Source of the DNA: Octopus sinensis
Lineage: Eukaryota
Length of the DNA stretch: 64,000 bases
Direction: 5' to 3'
Assembly: GCF_006345805.1 (NCBI RefSeq)
Contig: NC_043022.1
Coordinates: forward strand, 21,018,001 to 21,082,000
The translations under genes and the position numbers were made by a program. The stretch's first letter is position 1. Every line of letters starts with the position of its first letter. A model generated the notes under the pieces. The model ran no database searches and was not told the origin of the DNA. It saw only the letters and a list, made by a program, of their open reading frames with translations. Shown piece after piece: positions 10,921-24,830 of this stretch.

Positions 10921-12170
10921 AGTTACGGGAACGTAAGCACACCAGCATTGGTTGTCAATCGATGTTGGGGGACAAACACAGACACACACTTACATATATA
11001 CATATATACGACGGGCTTCTTTCAGTTTCCGTCTACCAAAATCCACTCACAAGGCTTTGGTCGATCTGAGGCTATAGTAGAAGACACTTGCCCAAGGTGC
11101 TACGAAGTGGGACTGAACTCGGAACCGTGTGGTTCGTGAGCAATCTACTTACCACATAGCCACTCCTACGCCTATTCACTTTGTTTAAAAATTAATCATA
11201 TCTTATCTCATACCTTTAAAGATTTGATGATGTGGTTCTATATTTTTAGAATGACATTGAAGGATTGGTGTCAGAGACCAAATCTGGCTGATTTGAACAT
11301 AATACAAATAGAATATTTGGACCGGATATAGCTGGTTTAAATGATAAAGGGTTGAGTCTAATTCAGATAGAATATTACAACGGAAATTTTGGTTAAATTT
11401 AACCTTTTGATGAAGGTATACTTGTAGTTTGTGTTTTATTTAATTGTTTTTCATTCTTTCCTTTGTAGAGCAGCTATGGTTAAACAAATGCTTGAAGGAC
11501 TCAACAGCCATAAAGTTGAAACCGGTATGTATTAAATTATTGAATCTAGACATAAACTTGAAATTTTGCTTCCACTATATCTAACTGCAGTGAGCAGGCA
11601 GAGTTGTTAGTATGTCAGACAAAATGCTTAGTAGTATTTCTTCCAGATCTTTACATTCTAGTTTTAAATTCCACTGAGTTCAACTTCACCTATCATTCCT
11701 TTCAAGGTTGATAAAATTAGTACAGCTGAGGGCCGGGTTTGATGCAATATTCTCAAACATATTGCCTCAAAATTAGAAAGAATTATTCTTTTACTTTCTC
11801 TTACTTGCTTCAGTCATTTGACTGCAGCCATGCTGGAGCACTACCTTTTAGTCAAAGAAATATACCCCAGAACTTATTCTTTAACTTCTTCTATTGGTCT
11901 CTTTTGCCAAACTGCTAAATTATAGGGATGTAAACACACCAACATCAGTTATCAAGCGATGGAGGGAGGATAAACAGACACAAAGACACACACATAAATA
12001 CACGCACACGCACAATGGGCTTCTTTCAGTTTCCATCTACCAAATCCACTCACAAGGCTTTGGTTGGCCCAACACTATAATAGGAGACACTTTCCCAAAG
12101 TGCCATGCAGTGGGACTGAATCTAGAACCATGTGGTTGGGAAGCAAGCTTCTTACCGCGGCACAGCCATG
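10915..12170 (-). mobile_element. Family-A SINE copies (10915-11175, 11790-12170) and MITE fragment flanking the PUS3 exon at 11469
   Basis: Reverse-complement matches to family-A consensus. Confidence 0.75.
11469..11524 (+). CDS. PUS3: PUS3 exon (AAMVKQMLEGLNSHKVET)
   Basis: ttgtag/gtatgt sites, phase 2->1 consistent with neighbours; MLxGL similarity. Confidence 0.85.
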
Positions 12171-12755
12171 CCTTAACCCTTTGGTGTTCAGATTAATCTG
12201 TCAAAGGTAATGCTCATTTGTTCACATTATTTTGAATTATTCAGGTTCAACATTTGCTTGTAACTTTGTTAATTTTTTACATACAGATTTGAAATTTTGT
12301 CAGTGGGTGCTTATATACCAGTGGTTTATAGTTATGTAATTTTAGCTGATCTTTGTGATTAAATTTGACTTTTATGGGCAGGTAAATTTCATTAACAGGT
12401 GTAAAAGCAATAACATTATGGATAAACACTAAAATTGAAATTCTTAATGCATCTTGCTTGCTTGATTTGTTACTAAAATTATCCCAGATGTCAACCGCCA
12501 ACAATCTTGCCACTTTTCAAGATGAGGTGCACTAATTTGAATTAAAGTGGCACACCGTGGGACTGACCCTGAGACCACATGATTTCAAAGCTTGCTTTTT
12601 AACCATGCAGCCATCCCTGCAACTTATATAACTTAGCTTGGAAAAGTGCCTTTATGTATCACAAGATTAATTGCTTTCATATTAAATTCTCTGTTTCTCT
12701 ATTTTGACATGGTTATTCCTTTGCTTATTGTTTTTGTTTTTTATTCTTGTCTTAG

Positions 12756-12872
12756 ATACTGATATAGCTCCATGGTGTGAGCTGAGTGAGCCAATACTTG
12801 CCCAAAGTGAATGGTTAACACCTGGCTGTAAACCAAGACATTACAAATCTCTGTTGCAAAGACAAACATGTG
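12756..12872 (+). CDS. PUS3: PUS3 exon (DTDIAPWCELSEPILAQSEWLTPGCKPRHYKSLLQRQTC)
   Basis: cttag/gtaagt sites, phase 1->1; YKxLxxRxxC C-terminal motif. Confidence 0.88.
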
Positions 12873-13009
12873 GTAAGTTTCACTAATTTTAAATTGAAAA
12901 CATGTAGCCTGCTGTACTCTGGCTGTTTGCTGTACTTGATTAAGACACATGAAGCTAAGTGAAATCGCTGTCTTCCCCACATGCAGACTTGTCCTTTCAG
13001 GTGCTGGTG

Positions 13010-13790
13010 CCACTTAAGAAGCACCTATGTTGGTGTTACATTAACACACCTGTACCGGTTGCTGCGTTAACACACCTGTACCGGTTGCTGCGTTAACACA
13101 CCTGTACCGGTTGCTGCGTTAACACACCTATGCCCATGCTGCATTAACATATCTGTACTTGTGCTGCAGTGTCCGCGCTTCGTTAACACACCCATGCTGG
13201 TGTTGTGTTAACACACCTGTACTTGTGCTGCTGGTGCTGTATTAACACACCTGTGCCTGTGCTGTGTTAATACACCCATGCTGGTGCTACATTAACACAC
13301 CTGTGCTGGTACTGCATTAACACACCTGTGCTGGTACTGCATTAACACACCCTTGCTGGTGCTGTATTAACACACCTGTGCCTGTGCTGTGTTAATACAC
13401 CCAGGCTGGTGCTACATTAGCACACCTGTGCTGGTACTGCATTAACACACCCTTGCTGGTGCTGTATTAACACACCTGTGCCTGTGTTGTGTTAACACAC
13501 CTGTATTTGTGCTGCTGGTACTGCATTAACACACCTGTGCCTGTGCTGTGTTAATACACCCATGCTGGTGCTGCGTTAACACACCTGTGCTGGTGCTGCA
13601 TTAATGCACTTGTGTGGGTGCTGTATTAACCACCTGTGCCTGTGCTGTGTTAACACACCTGTGCTGGTGCCGCATTAGCACACCCATGCAGGTGCTGTAT
13701 TAACTCACCTGTGCCAGTGCTACGATGCTGTTGCTGTGTTAACATCTGTGCCAGTGCTGCATTAACACACCCCTGCTGGTGCTGTTGAGC
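13010..13790 (+). repeat. ~25-bp degenerate minisatellite (ttaacacacctgtgctggtgctgca)n
   Basis: Direct inspection. Confidence 0.9.
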
Positions 13791-14550
13791 GAAGTGGTCT
13801 TTGTCCCAGAGCTCGCAAGATGGGAGAAATCCGAATCATGGTCCTTTGCTATTTGTAAGACCCACAGAAGAGAAAGCAGGTCAACACCCGACACCGAGAG
13901 CATCGATGGATGGATGAATGTGCATCCAGGCTCAGCGGTTGCGTAAGAAGTCGGGGACAAGAAACAGGCAGAAAGAGTGAGAGAAAGTTGGGGCAAAAGA
14001 GTACAACTGGGGTCGCCACGAGTTTCCATCTACCAAATCCATTCACAAGGCTTTGGTCAGCCCAAGGCTATAATAGAAGACACTTACCCAAGGTGCCATG
14101 CTGAGGGACTGAACCCAGAACCATGTGGTTGGTAAACAACCTTCTTATTTCTTTATTGCCCATAAGGGGCTAAACATAGAGGGGACAAACAAGGACAGAC
14201 AACGAATTAAGTTGATTACATCGACCCGAGTGCGTAACTGGTACTTAATTTATCGACACCGAAAGGTTGAAAGACAAAGTCGACCTCAGCAGAATTTGAA
14301 CTCAGAACGTAACGTCAGACGAAATTTCGCCCAGCGTGCTAATGTTTCTGCCAGCTCGCCACCTTCCTACCACACAGTCATGCCTGCATTTCTTTTTTTT
14401 GTTTTTGTGGGAGTGGGGAATCTTTTCATTTTTACAGCTCTTTCATGTTGCAGAGGGCTTTGGAATCAAAGATTGATTTTTTTCTTTTTTTTTTTTTTTT
14501 GTTTCATTTTGCCAATCTCTTTCATGTTGTTGTTGTTGTTGCTGTTACAG

Positions 14551-14639
14551 AGAGCCTGGAATCAAAAATTGAACATTATTCAAAGAAAAGGAAATTCGCT
14601 GAAAATCAAGACTCCTGGTCAGGATTTGCTGGTGAATGA
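14551..14639 (+). CDS. PUS3: PUS3 terminal coding exon (ESLESKIEHYSKKRKFAENQDSWSGFAGE*), contains KKRK putative NLS
   Basis: ttacag acceptor, phase 1, TGA at 14637-14639; LESxIxH motif follows YKxLxxRxxC as in PUS3. Confidence 0.88.
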
Positions 14640-15329
14640 AGTCTGCGAGAAACTGTGCCAAATGAGATTCGTTTTGGGATCCAGTGATACAATTGTTTGC
14701 CAGATTACTTGGAATATCGACTAGTCCAAAACCTATGAAAGGGACCAGCAGTGGACCCTGTTATTATTTGTATTTGTTTATGTTAATTTTACAAAATAGG
14801 GGTCCAGTGAAATAAGTCAATATTTTGTATTAGTCTAGCAGAGCATGCTAGAATGAGAGAAATTCTTATGGAAAGAAAGACAAACAAAACAAAACCAAAA
14901 AAAAAAGACAAAAAAAAACCAAAAAAAATTCAAATTAATAAGCCTAAAAAAAATATATGTGTATAGACATTTGTAATGGTGTGTGTGTGTGTGTGTGTGC
15001 TGTCCTGCAGTTGTGTGTGTAATACTGTTATACATATTTCGATGTGTATTGGTGTATGAAATACATCCCTTGAAATGTGTGTAACTGTGTGCAGTAGAAG
15101 ACCCTTGTGTGTGTATGTGTGCATCTCTGTGTGTATATGTACATATAAGTATATATACACACATGTGTGTATAGATATATGGATATATAGATATATACAT
15201 GTATATATATATGTATATATATGTGTGTGTGTGTGTGTTTATATATATGTTTATAAATGTATTTGTATATATATAATATACAATATATATATACATGTAT
15301 CTATATATGTTATACATATATATGTATTA

Positions 15330-15370
<41 letters not shown>

Positions 15371-15373
<3 letters not shown>

Positions 15374-16609
15374 TATACATATGTGTGTGTGTGTGTATAG
15401 GCACACTCACAAATTTGTTGGTGTCGCCTCTTGTGAGTGCATGAGGATTTCATTATTCCTCAGCCGTGTTTGCTAGGTTTGCTGTTTAATGTCCAAGAAG
15501 TTGTCGCATCCATTCTAAACAGCCGTCTCATTCCGTTGTTTCAGTTTGGTAAAGCCAGACTTTGGAATTGTTTGATCCTGTTTTCCAAATAGAGATTTCA
15601 GTGAAATGGGCACAGCAACAGAGAGGATTTTTTATGCATTAATTATAGTTCTGGCTAGTCTGTCATAGCATGTCTTGTTAGTTACATATAAAATAAAAAA
15701 TTACACATAGTCATCTCATATACACATGCTCATGCTCACACACAAGCATATACACACACACACGTGTTTATATAGCTTGATGTGTAGATATCTGTGTGAA
15801 GGTGTATGTATGTATGTATTTATGTATGATCGATGTATGTATATACTTGTATACACGTGTGTATATGTTATATAAATATTTATATATATGTATATATTAT
15901 ATATATATATATAAGTGTATATATAAATATATACATATATTTTATATATGCATGTACACACATACAAATATATATGATATATTTATATAATATATATTCA
16001 TATACATATGTGTGTGTGTGTGTATAGGCACACTCACAAATTGTTGGTGTCGCCTCTTGTGAGTGCATGAGGATTTCATTATTCCTCAGCCGTGTTTGCT
16101 AGGTTTGCTGTTTAATGTCCAAGAAGTTGTCGCATCCATTCTAAACAGCCGTCTCATTCCGTTGTTTCAGTTTGGTAAAGCCAGACTTTGGAATTGTTTG
16201 ATCCTGTTTTCCAAATAGAGATTTCAGTGAAATGGGCACAGCAACAGAGAGGATTTTTTATGCATTAATTATAGTTCTGGCTAGTCTGTCATAGCATGTC
16301 TTGTTAGTTACATATAAAATAAAAAATTACACATAGTCATCTCATATACACATGCTCATACACAAGCATATACACACACACACGTGTTTATATAGCTTGA
16401 TGTGTAGATATCTGTGTGAAGGTGTATGTATGTATGTATTTATGTATGATCGATGTATGTATATACTTGTATACACGTATGTATATGTTATATAAATATT
16501 TATATATATGTATATATTATATATATATATATAAGTGTATATATAAATATATACATATATTTTATATATGCATGTACACACATACAAATATATATGATAT
16601 ATTTATATA

Positions 16610-16615
<6 letters not shown>
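15371..16615 (+). repeat. ~626-bp tandem duplication (15371-15996 / 15999-16615)
   Basis: Near-identical blocks bounded by (TA)/(TG) microsatellite. Confidence 0.9.
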
Positions 16616-16640
<25 letters not shown>

Positions 16641-16733
16641 TATATATATATATATTATATATATATTATATATATTATATATATATTATATTATATATAT
16701 ATATATATTTATTATATATATATATATTTATAG

Positions 16734-16764
<31 letters not shown>

Positions 16765-16807
16765 TATATATATATATATTATATATATATTATATATATA
16801 TATTTAT

Positions 16808-16855
<48 letters not shown>

Positions 16856-18258
16856 ATAAATATATACACATACATAAATATATACATATATATGGAGAGA
16901 GAGATAGAGAGGGAAAAATAATGGTTAGATATCAATCTCTCCACCCTGAAGATGGAGGCCAGAATTATAATAATGTTTATATGCATCCACTATTAGTTGC
17001 ATATTCTTGACATTGTGCAAACTCCATCTGCCAACATCATTATGTAATTCTGTCCCTCCAGAAACAGCTGTTGGGCCTGTAATACCATACCTTCTCTCTC
17101 TGCATGTATATATATATATATACTTTGCCTAGTGTATCTATATATGCACAAGCTTGCACACACATACACACACACACATATAACATATTTGTCAGTGAAT
17201 AGTGCCAACCTTGCCTTTTTAAATTCTTTCCTAAATAATGGTTTGTAAATTAGTTTTGTTTTATTCATGTGATTGTGTAAAGTCTTTTAAACTGCTACAC
17301 TGGAATACCTCATCTTAACTCAGGCTTCTTAAAATATTTTACATATGTGCTAATTTTATTTTTCATATTGTTAGCTTGATATTTTATTTAATATTTGGAA
17401 GCAATTCCTTGCTTGCTGACACAGAAGAAAGAAAATCTGAAAAAATTTACTGGAAAATTTTGACATTTTACATAAAAATATCTCATTCTCTGTTTTGATT
17501 TTTGAATGCGTGTATGTGTGTATATATCTTCATTCTTATCATGCATCTAGTGATGTTTACCAGTTTCCTTTCTTGTTTTATATTTTAGTCAGTCTGTGAG
17601 TTGAGTTTACTTCCACAATCTTCATCAACCATTTTTCTGTCATTTTAGTTTTTAACTCATTTCATTTAATTCAACTTCTTTTTTTTTTAAGTCTTGTTTT
17701 TAGAAGCGCAAGTCATTTGTAGACATTCTTCTCTCGTTAAGACTGTTTTAATTTAATTTAACTTTTTGTGTCTTGTTTTTAGAAGCACAGGTCAGAGCTA
17801 GGCATTCTTCCACTGTTGGAATTTTCTCTAGCAGACAAAGATTTTATTTGCGCAGGTTGTCCATGTTCTCGATTTCTAATGTATCAAATTACCAGAAATA
17901 ATTGTAGAATTGTAGGTGGTAACTATTTTAGGAATTCTCTTCAAAATAAAGTTTCTGTTCTTCTCCTCAGCTTTGGTTTTACATGCCAAATATCAGTAAT
18001 TAAAACAAAACCTATTTAACTACCAGTTGCCCAGTAGTCTTATAACACATACATACATGTACACACACATGCACATATATCTGTGCATATGAATGCAAAC
18101 ATACATTATATTATTTTATTTGGCTGAGAACTTCAGGATATAAATTTCAGAATATTAAAGAATGTGATTCCATTTCAGTTGGAAGTTTTTCTGTATGAGT
18201 ATTTTGAAATTCAACTATTACTTTTCAAATAATGGTAGAGATACTGATGAAAAAGATG

Positions 18259-18289
<31 letters not shown>

Positions 18290-19482
18290 CAACATTAGTA
18301 ATGATAGGAATAATAATAATAATGATAGCTATAGAAGTGATGTAAGATTGACATGTTTTAAGAATCAAGTGGACTCCAATGTCTTTGATGATGTGGTATT
18401 TTATGAGAAACCATTAAATATAGTTATTAAGCTAACCATAACAACAGTGATATCTCTCCAATTTATAGTATATTTTCCTGAGAGAATATCAATTTTTCAC
18501 TGATGTGTATGTTTCTCAAAATTTGATAAAATTCATTGTCTATCCTAAAGTCTAACTGCAGTTCCATTTTTTTAACATGGAATATATATGATGCCATTAG
18601 TGTGCAAAAGTCTACCACAATATATTTTGAATATTTCTAGGTAGATTAAAAAATAGGTATCTGATATTAAGTAACATAAGTAGCTTTTAATTACTGAATG
18701 AATTAATTACTGCACTCTCCAGACGGGTCTAATTGCTCCTTTATCTTTGATAAACTGATATTTCCTTCATTTTATTTTTCAATACTTTATGCAAATTGAC
18801 TTGTTTTGGAGAGTTTTTCTCTTTTTTTTTTCTGTTTTTGATTTTTAACGATAATTTATAAATGTATAAATGAATAGAAAACTTATATCCTTTTTGTTGA
18901 TAAACTTGCTCTTTCGTTGTACTGTATAGTATTATTTATTGTTGGTTACATCTGTTTATATATCTTTGATTGACTAACTACCAATGTCTCAGCATTGTTG
19001 TTTGGTGGAAGCACTCAGTAAATTAACTATTTCCAAACAAGTATCTCGTGTCAAAAAAAATTCTGTTCTCAACTAGTCCAATTGAAGCAATATTGATAGA
19101 TTTTGGGGTTTTTTGTGTCCAATTTGTAATTATTAATTATCTTTTAAATCTACTTGCTTGACCACTAACTGCTAATTTACACAACAACTATCAGTGGTGT
19201 TACTACTGTATCTATCTATCTGTCTGTCTGTCTCTCTATTTGTGTGTGTTTGCATAAAAGTGTCTGTGTGAGTGTGTATGTGTCCATCTACTATCAGAGC
19301 TGTTAACTCACTATGTCTGTGTATGTGTATATATATATATATATATATATGTCCATTTCTCATACTTAATTCTCAGGATCTTGTTCTTGTGTATTAACAA
19401 AATTACTCAGGGCGGTAGATCAACTACCTACTTTACTTTGCTAAAACAATCTAAAATCTAGCTTCCTTTAAGCAAATATGCA

Positions 19483-19548
19483 TTATAAAGCAGTTTCACA
19501 AATGTTCTTATTGGCTCCTGTTTCCAAGGACTTCTCATCTACATCCAC
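19483..19548 (-). CDS. Candidate terminal exon of an unidentified minus-strand gene (VDVDEKSLETGANKNICETAL*), class I PDZ-binding-like end
   Basis: Strong acceptor ttattttcttcaaacag; ends E-T-A-L-stop; no upstream exons proven. Confidence 0.35.
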   Translation of the reverse strand: MDVDEKSLETGANKNICETAL

Positions 19549-21169
19549 CTGTTTGAAGAAAATAACAACTAAAAAACAAAAAAAAAAAGGCAAAAAATCC
19601 CAGTATTCTATCTTCGCTTACATTCATTCATATGTCTAGCATGCATGCATTCAATTCCCATTGACCATATTTATAAATACATTCTGGTTACAATCTATAA
19701 GGACTCTATTGTTTTGTGGAGTTTGTAAAATCACACTGTCAGGGTTTGTTCAGTGCCTTGGAAACTAGAAACCTTAAGTCTCTATTTTTTTGGTGTCAGG
19801 ACAATGGAAAGCATTTTAAACTACTGTATTATTAAAAGTAAAATCCTTGCTCTTTTCAAATGGCACTATTTTAGCCAAACTACCAACACCTAGCTTCCTA
19901 TGACGTTTCTCTCTTTGTTTTTACTTTGGCTTAATTCATTCACTGGCCTATGATTATAACTGCAACTGTTTTTCTTCATTCCAAATTTCAACAAATTGCT
20001 TATTATTATTATTATTATTATTAATCTGTTTTGTCTCAGTTCTTCATTGGGTTATTTTTTTCTGGATAAGTGCAGTTGACAAACTTTATAAGTTTTGAGT
20101 AACTAAATAGTTCTCTTTCTCTCCTGCTTTATTTTTTCACATGATTGAATCAAGTTCGGTTTTGAAAACTAATGGAGTAAATGGGGAAAATTAATGGAAT
20201 AATTTCTTTCAATCTTTTTCATATCTGTTCAATGTTAATGTTTAAAAAAAGTAATAGAGATGACCAAGACACTTGAACACTGGAGTGGATTATTCACAGT
20301 ATGTAGTTTAGTAATTCTATTGTTTTCAGTTTAAATGTTATCTGGTTCATCTTAGCCTTAGGAATAACCTCAGGATTTGATCAAATATGTGCCAGAAATA
20401 TATTCTAGGGTTGGGTCCATGAAGTATGCAACTCCTTTCCAATATTTGGCATTTTGCCTTGTCAAAAGAAATCTTTAATATTTGTATGAGTTTATAAGGT
20501 GGTGAACTGGTAGAACTGTTAGCAGACCAGGCAAAATGCTTAGCGGTATTTTGTCCATCTGTACATTCTGAGTTCAAATTCTGCCCAGGTTGACTTTACC
20601 TTTCATCCTTTCGGGGTCGATAAAATAAGTACCAGTTGAGCACTGGGGTCAATGTAAATGACTTACCCACTCCCCAAAACTGCTGGCTTTAGGCCAGAAA
20701 TTTCAGACTATTTCTATGAATTTCTATATATTTTTTTTTTCTTTAAATTTCTCCATTTATCCCAACGTTAAAAAAAATATATATATTTAATGTTCTTTTA
20801 ATTTATTAAGTATTTATAACAACAAACATATAAAACTCCTTTTTCTTTCATTCTTTCTCTGCTATCTGAAGAGAGTTTTCGATTGATGCACCAATTCTTG
20901 GCTATGTCTTGTGAATTGATCCAATTTATTTTTTCAACAAATATTGTTTCCAATAGCCATATTTATACCCAGTACATTAGATCGGTCTCTGTCTCTCTAT
21001 CTCTCTCTCTCATGAACTCAATGGCAGGCCTGCAAGTTGAATCCTCTCTGATATACTATTGACTTGCATACAGATGCATTCTCACACTTACATATATACA
21101 CATACACACTGCAGTCACTGAAGATGACTATATATATATATACATACATGCACACAACATACACACACA

Positions 21170-21228
<59 letters not shown>

Positions 21229-21315
21229 CATACATATACATACATAAATACATGCACACAACACACACACATACACTATATATATATATTATATATACAC
21301 ACACACATGCACATA

Positions 21316-21374
<59 letters not shown>

Positions 21375-22336
21375 CATATACATACACACAACACACACAC
21401 ACACACATCATCATCATCATCATCGTTTAACGTCCGCTTTCCATGCTAGCATGGGTTGGACGGTTCAACTGGGGTCTGGCAAGCCCGAAGGCTGCACCAG
21501 GCCAGTCAGATCTGGCAGTGTTTCTACAGCTGGATGCCCTTCCTAACGCCAACCACTCCGAGAGTGATATATATATACACACACACATACATATACATAC
21601 ATACATGCACACAACGCACACACACTATACACATATATATATATGGACACATACACACTTCACCTTTCTCTATTGAGGTTAAAAACAGTTGTTGAAGAAA
21701 TTATTTTATAAGTAACTGTTTGTTTGTTATTTAGTACGCATTTTAAATGTGCTTAGTAGCATTATTTCAGGAAGGTAAACTCCCAAGAAACTAAGTCTGT
21801 GACTTGGATTTCCTTTCTTGACTCCAGCTCCGTTTCCTTCGCTTGCATCTCTCTCAATGCTTTTGAGAAGGGCATAAAACCATCTTGTATTTCTCACCTT
21901 TTGCTGTAAATCTGAGGTATGTGCCTATGAAAGAAATCATTATTATATTTTGGAAATTTTTCAACTCTGGAGAAAAAAAAAAAACCTTCATTTTTAGAAA
22001 TTGTTTCTCTGTTTCAAACATCAAAACAAAAAAAAAAAATGAAGAAACATTTCTTTCATCTTTTCTCTGTTATTTATTTTTTTTTTTTTTCTATTTCATC
22101 TTGGAAATAGTGTTTCTGTAGCAACTATAAGTTGCTTATTAATTGATATTAATATTACTGAAGCCATTGTCGAATTGCTTATGCAGAGAAATGTTTTTTG
22201 TTTTTTTTTTTGCAGTATAAATATACTCTAACTTTCTCTGTTTGGGCTGACAATTCCATTTGAATAGTCGATATGAGATATGAGTATTAACCCTCCATTA
22301 AGTGGCCTGGATATTGTTTGTATTATTAGTTTATTT

Positions 22337-22379
<43 letters not shown>

Positions 22380-22420
22380 CATAACAAGGAAATTTTTTGA
22401 TATCATTATATATCCACCGT

Positions 22421-22581
22421 TTACACATGTTTCATTTGCTAATAGGAATTACAAAGTTTTACATGTTAGATAGACATGTAAAGGATTTCTCCATCTGAAG
22501 AATTTCCAATAGAAAACTGCTTACATGTCTCTCTAACGTGTAAAACTTTGTAATTCCTATTAGCAAATTAAACGTGTGTAA
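22421..22581. repeat. Inverted repeat, ~61-bp arms, 39-nt spacer
   Basis: tttgctaataggaattacaaagttttacatgttaga / tctaacgtgtaaaactttgtaattcctattagcaaa. Confidence 0.85.
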
Positions 22582-22620
22582 TGGACAATAAATAATACCA
22601 AAACATTTCATATTTTATTT

Positions 22621-22660
<40 letters not shown>

Positions 22661-22849
22661 ATTATTATGGTTGTTTTTTGGGGGTGGTTTTTCTGAAAGA
22701 CAATCTGCCATATCATTAATTAGCGAGACTGATTATTGTTTTTCATTAATGAAACTCAGCATGAGAGAGAAAGATAGATGACAAGAAGGAATACAAACCA
22801 GATACTACTACTACTACTGCTACTACTATTATTATTATGATTATTATAA

Positions 22850-23720
22850 TTAAGGAAGTGAGCTGGCAGAATTGTTAGCATGCTGGGAAAAATGCTTTGT
22901 AGCATTTTGTCCACCCTTAGGTTCTGGATTCAAATTCTGCTGAGGTCAACTTTGCCTTTCATCCTTTCAGGATCGATGAAATAAGTACCAGTTATGCACT
23001 GGGGTTGATGTAATTGACCTCTCCCCTCCCCCATCCAAATTTCAGGCCTTGTACCTTTAGTAGAAAGTATTATTATTATTATTATTATTTTCATCATCAG
23101 CATTACTTCTGTCTTTACATACTGAGTTCAAATTCTGCTGAGGTCAACTTTGCCTTTCATCCTTTCAGGGTCGGTAAAAAAAGTAACCATTTGAACACTG
23201 AGGTCGATGTAATCTACTAGTCCCTGCCCCACGAAATTTCAGGCCTTGTGCCTATAGTATAAAGGAGTGTTATTATTAATATGGCAAGCTGATAGAATTG
23301 CTAGCATGCCACACAAAATACTTAGTTGCATTTCTTTTGGCGCTCTACATTCTGAATTCAGATGCTGCCAAGGTTGACTTAGCCTTTCATCCTTTCAGGT
23401 TGATAAAATATGTACCAGTTGATCATGGGGTCATTGTAATCGACTAGCCCCCATCCCCCAAATTTCAGGCCTTGTGCCCATATTACAAAGGATTTGTTAT
23501 TATCATTATTATTTAAGGCGGCGAGCTGGCAATATTGTTAGCACGCCGGACAAGATGCTTTGCAGCATTTCATCTGTCTTTATGTCCTGAGTTCAAATTC
23601 CACCAAGGTCGACTTTGCCTTTCATCCTTTTGGCGTCGATGAAATTAGTACCAGTCAAGCACTGGAATTGATGTAATTGACTTACCAAACTACCCTAAAA
23701 TTGCTGGCCTTGTGCCAAAT
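22850..23720 (+). mobile_element. Four tandem degenerate family-B tRNA-SINEs separated by (ATT)n
   Basis: gagctggcagaa..gttagca head, gttcaaatt B box, gcctttcatcctttc..ggtcgat..aagtaccag core repeated 4 times. Confidence 0.8.
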
Positions 23721-23977
23721 TTTGAAATCATTATTATTGTTATTATTATTATTATTACTATTATCATTATTATCTATATTTCAATTGTTACTCTGAGTGC
23801 AATAGCTGAAGACCATACCTTTTTTTCATTCCTCTTCCTTCGGTTATTTAAGACAAAAGGATACGAATTCCTGCTAAATTTCAGTCCATGCAGTTATTGG
23901 CACATTATAAATTACATTCCCAAAAATTGAATTGCTCTGCAATTAAATTATCCAGTGTATGAGGTATTAAAAATAAA

Positions 23978-24008
<31 letters not shown>

Positions 24009-24202
24009 TACATACCAAAAAAAAAAGATAAAACATAAAACAAACAATTGGAATACTTTAAGAAAATATATGCATGTATATATATGTGTGTGTGTATATA
24101 CATATATATATATATATATGTTGCACTTTTCTGTATCTGAGAAAACTTATTACGGGTACGTAACTATTCTGAACGCTAAGAGTTTTCCCTTCTGTTCTCA
24201 TT

Positions 24203-24308
<106 letters not shown>

Positions 24309-24521
24309 ATATACATACAAATATATATATGCATATATATACCTACAAATATATGTACATATATATACACATATATATATATATATATACATATATGAAT
24401 ATATATGTATATGCACATATATATAGATATATGTATGTATATATACATACACACATATATAGATATATGTATGTATATATACATATATGCATATATATGT
24501 GTATGTATATATACATAAACA

Positions 24522-24567
<46 letters not shown>

Positions 24568-24790
24568 GTATATGTTCAGATATTTATTATTTCATAGAGA
24601 AGCAAAGTGAAAAAGGAAAAAAGAGTCATGTTGGTTTAAGCAATAAATATATCCTCTTTTTCTCCTCCCCTCCCTCTACCCATGTTAGTGATCGCCAGTT
24701 CTTTAAAGTATTAAAATTTTTTAAAAGATGACAGAAATACATCAATTACATATACATATGTATATATATATATGCGTGTGTGTGTGTATA

Positions 24791-24830
<40 letters not shown>

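Noticed and set aside
18195-18503. 102-aa Asn-rich + strand ORF
   Set aside because: Driven by an (AAT)n tract; no convincing splice sites or recognisable domain.
21771-21916. + strand acceptor/donor pair (146 nt)
   Set aside because: Stops in all three frames and no linked exons; could be chance.
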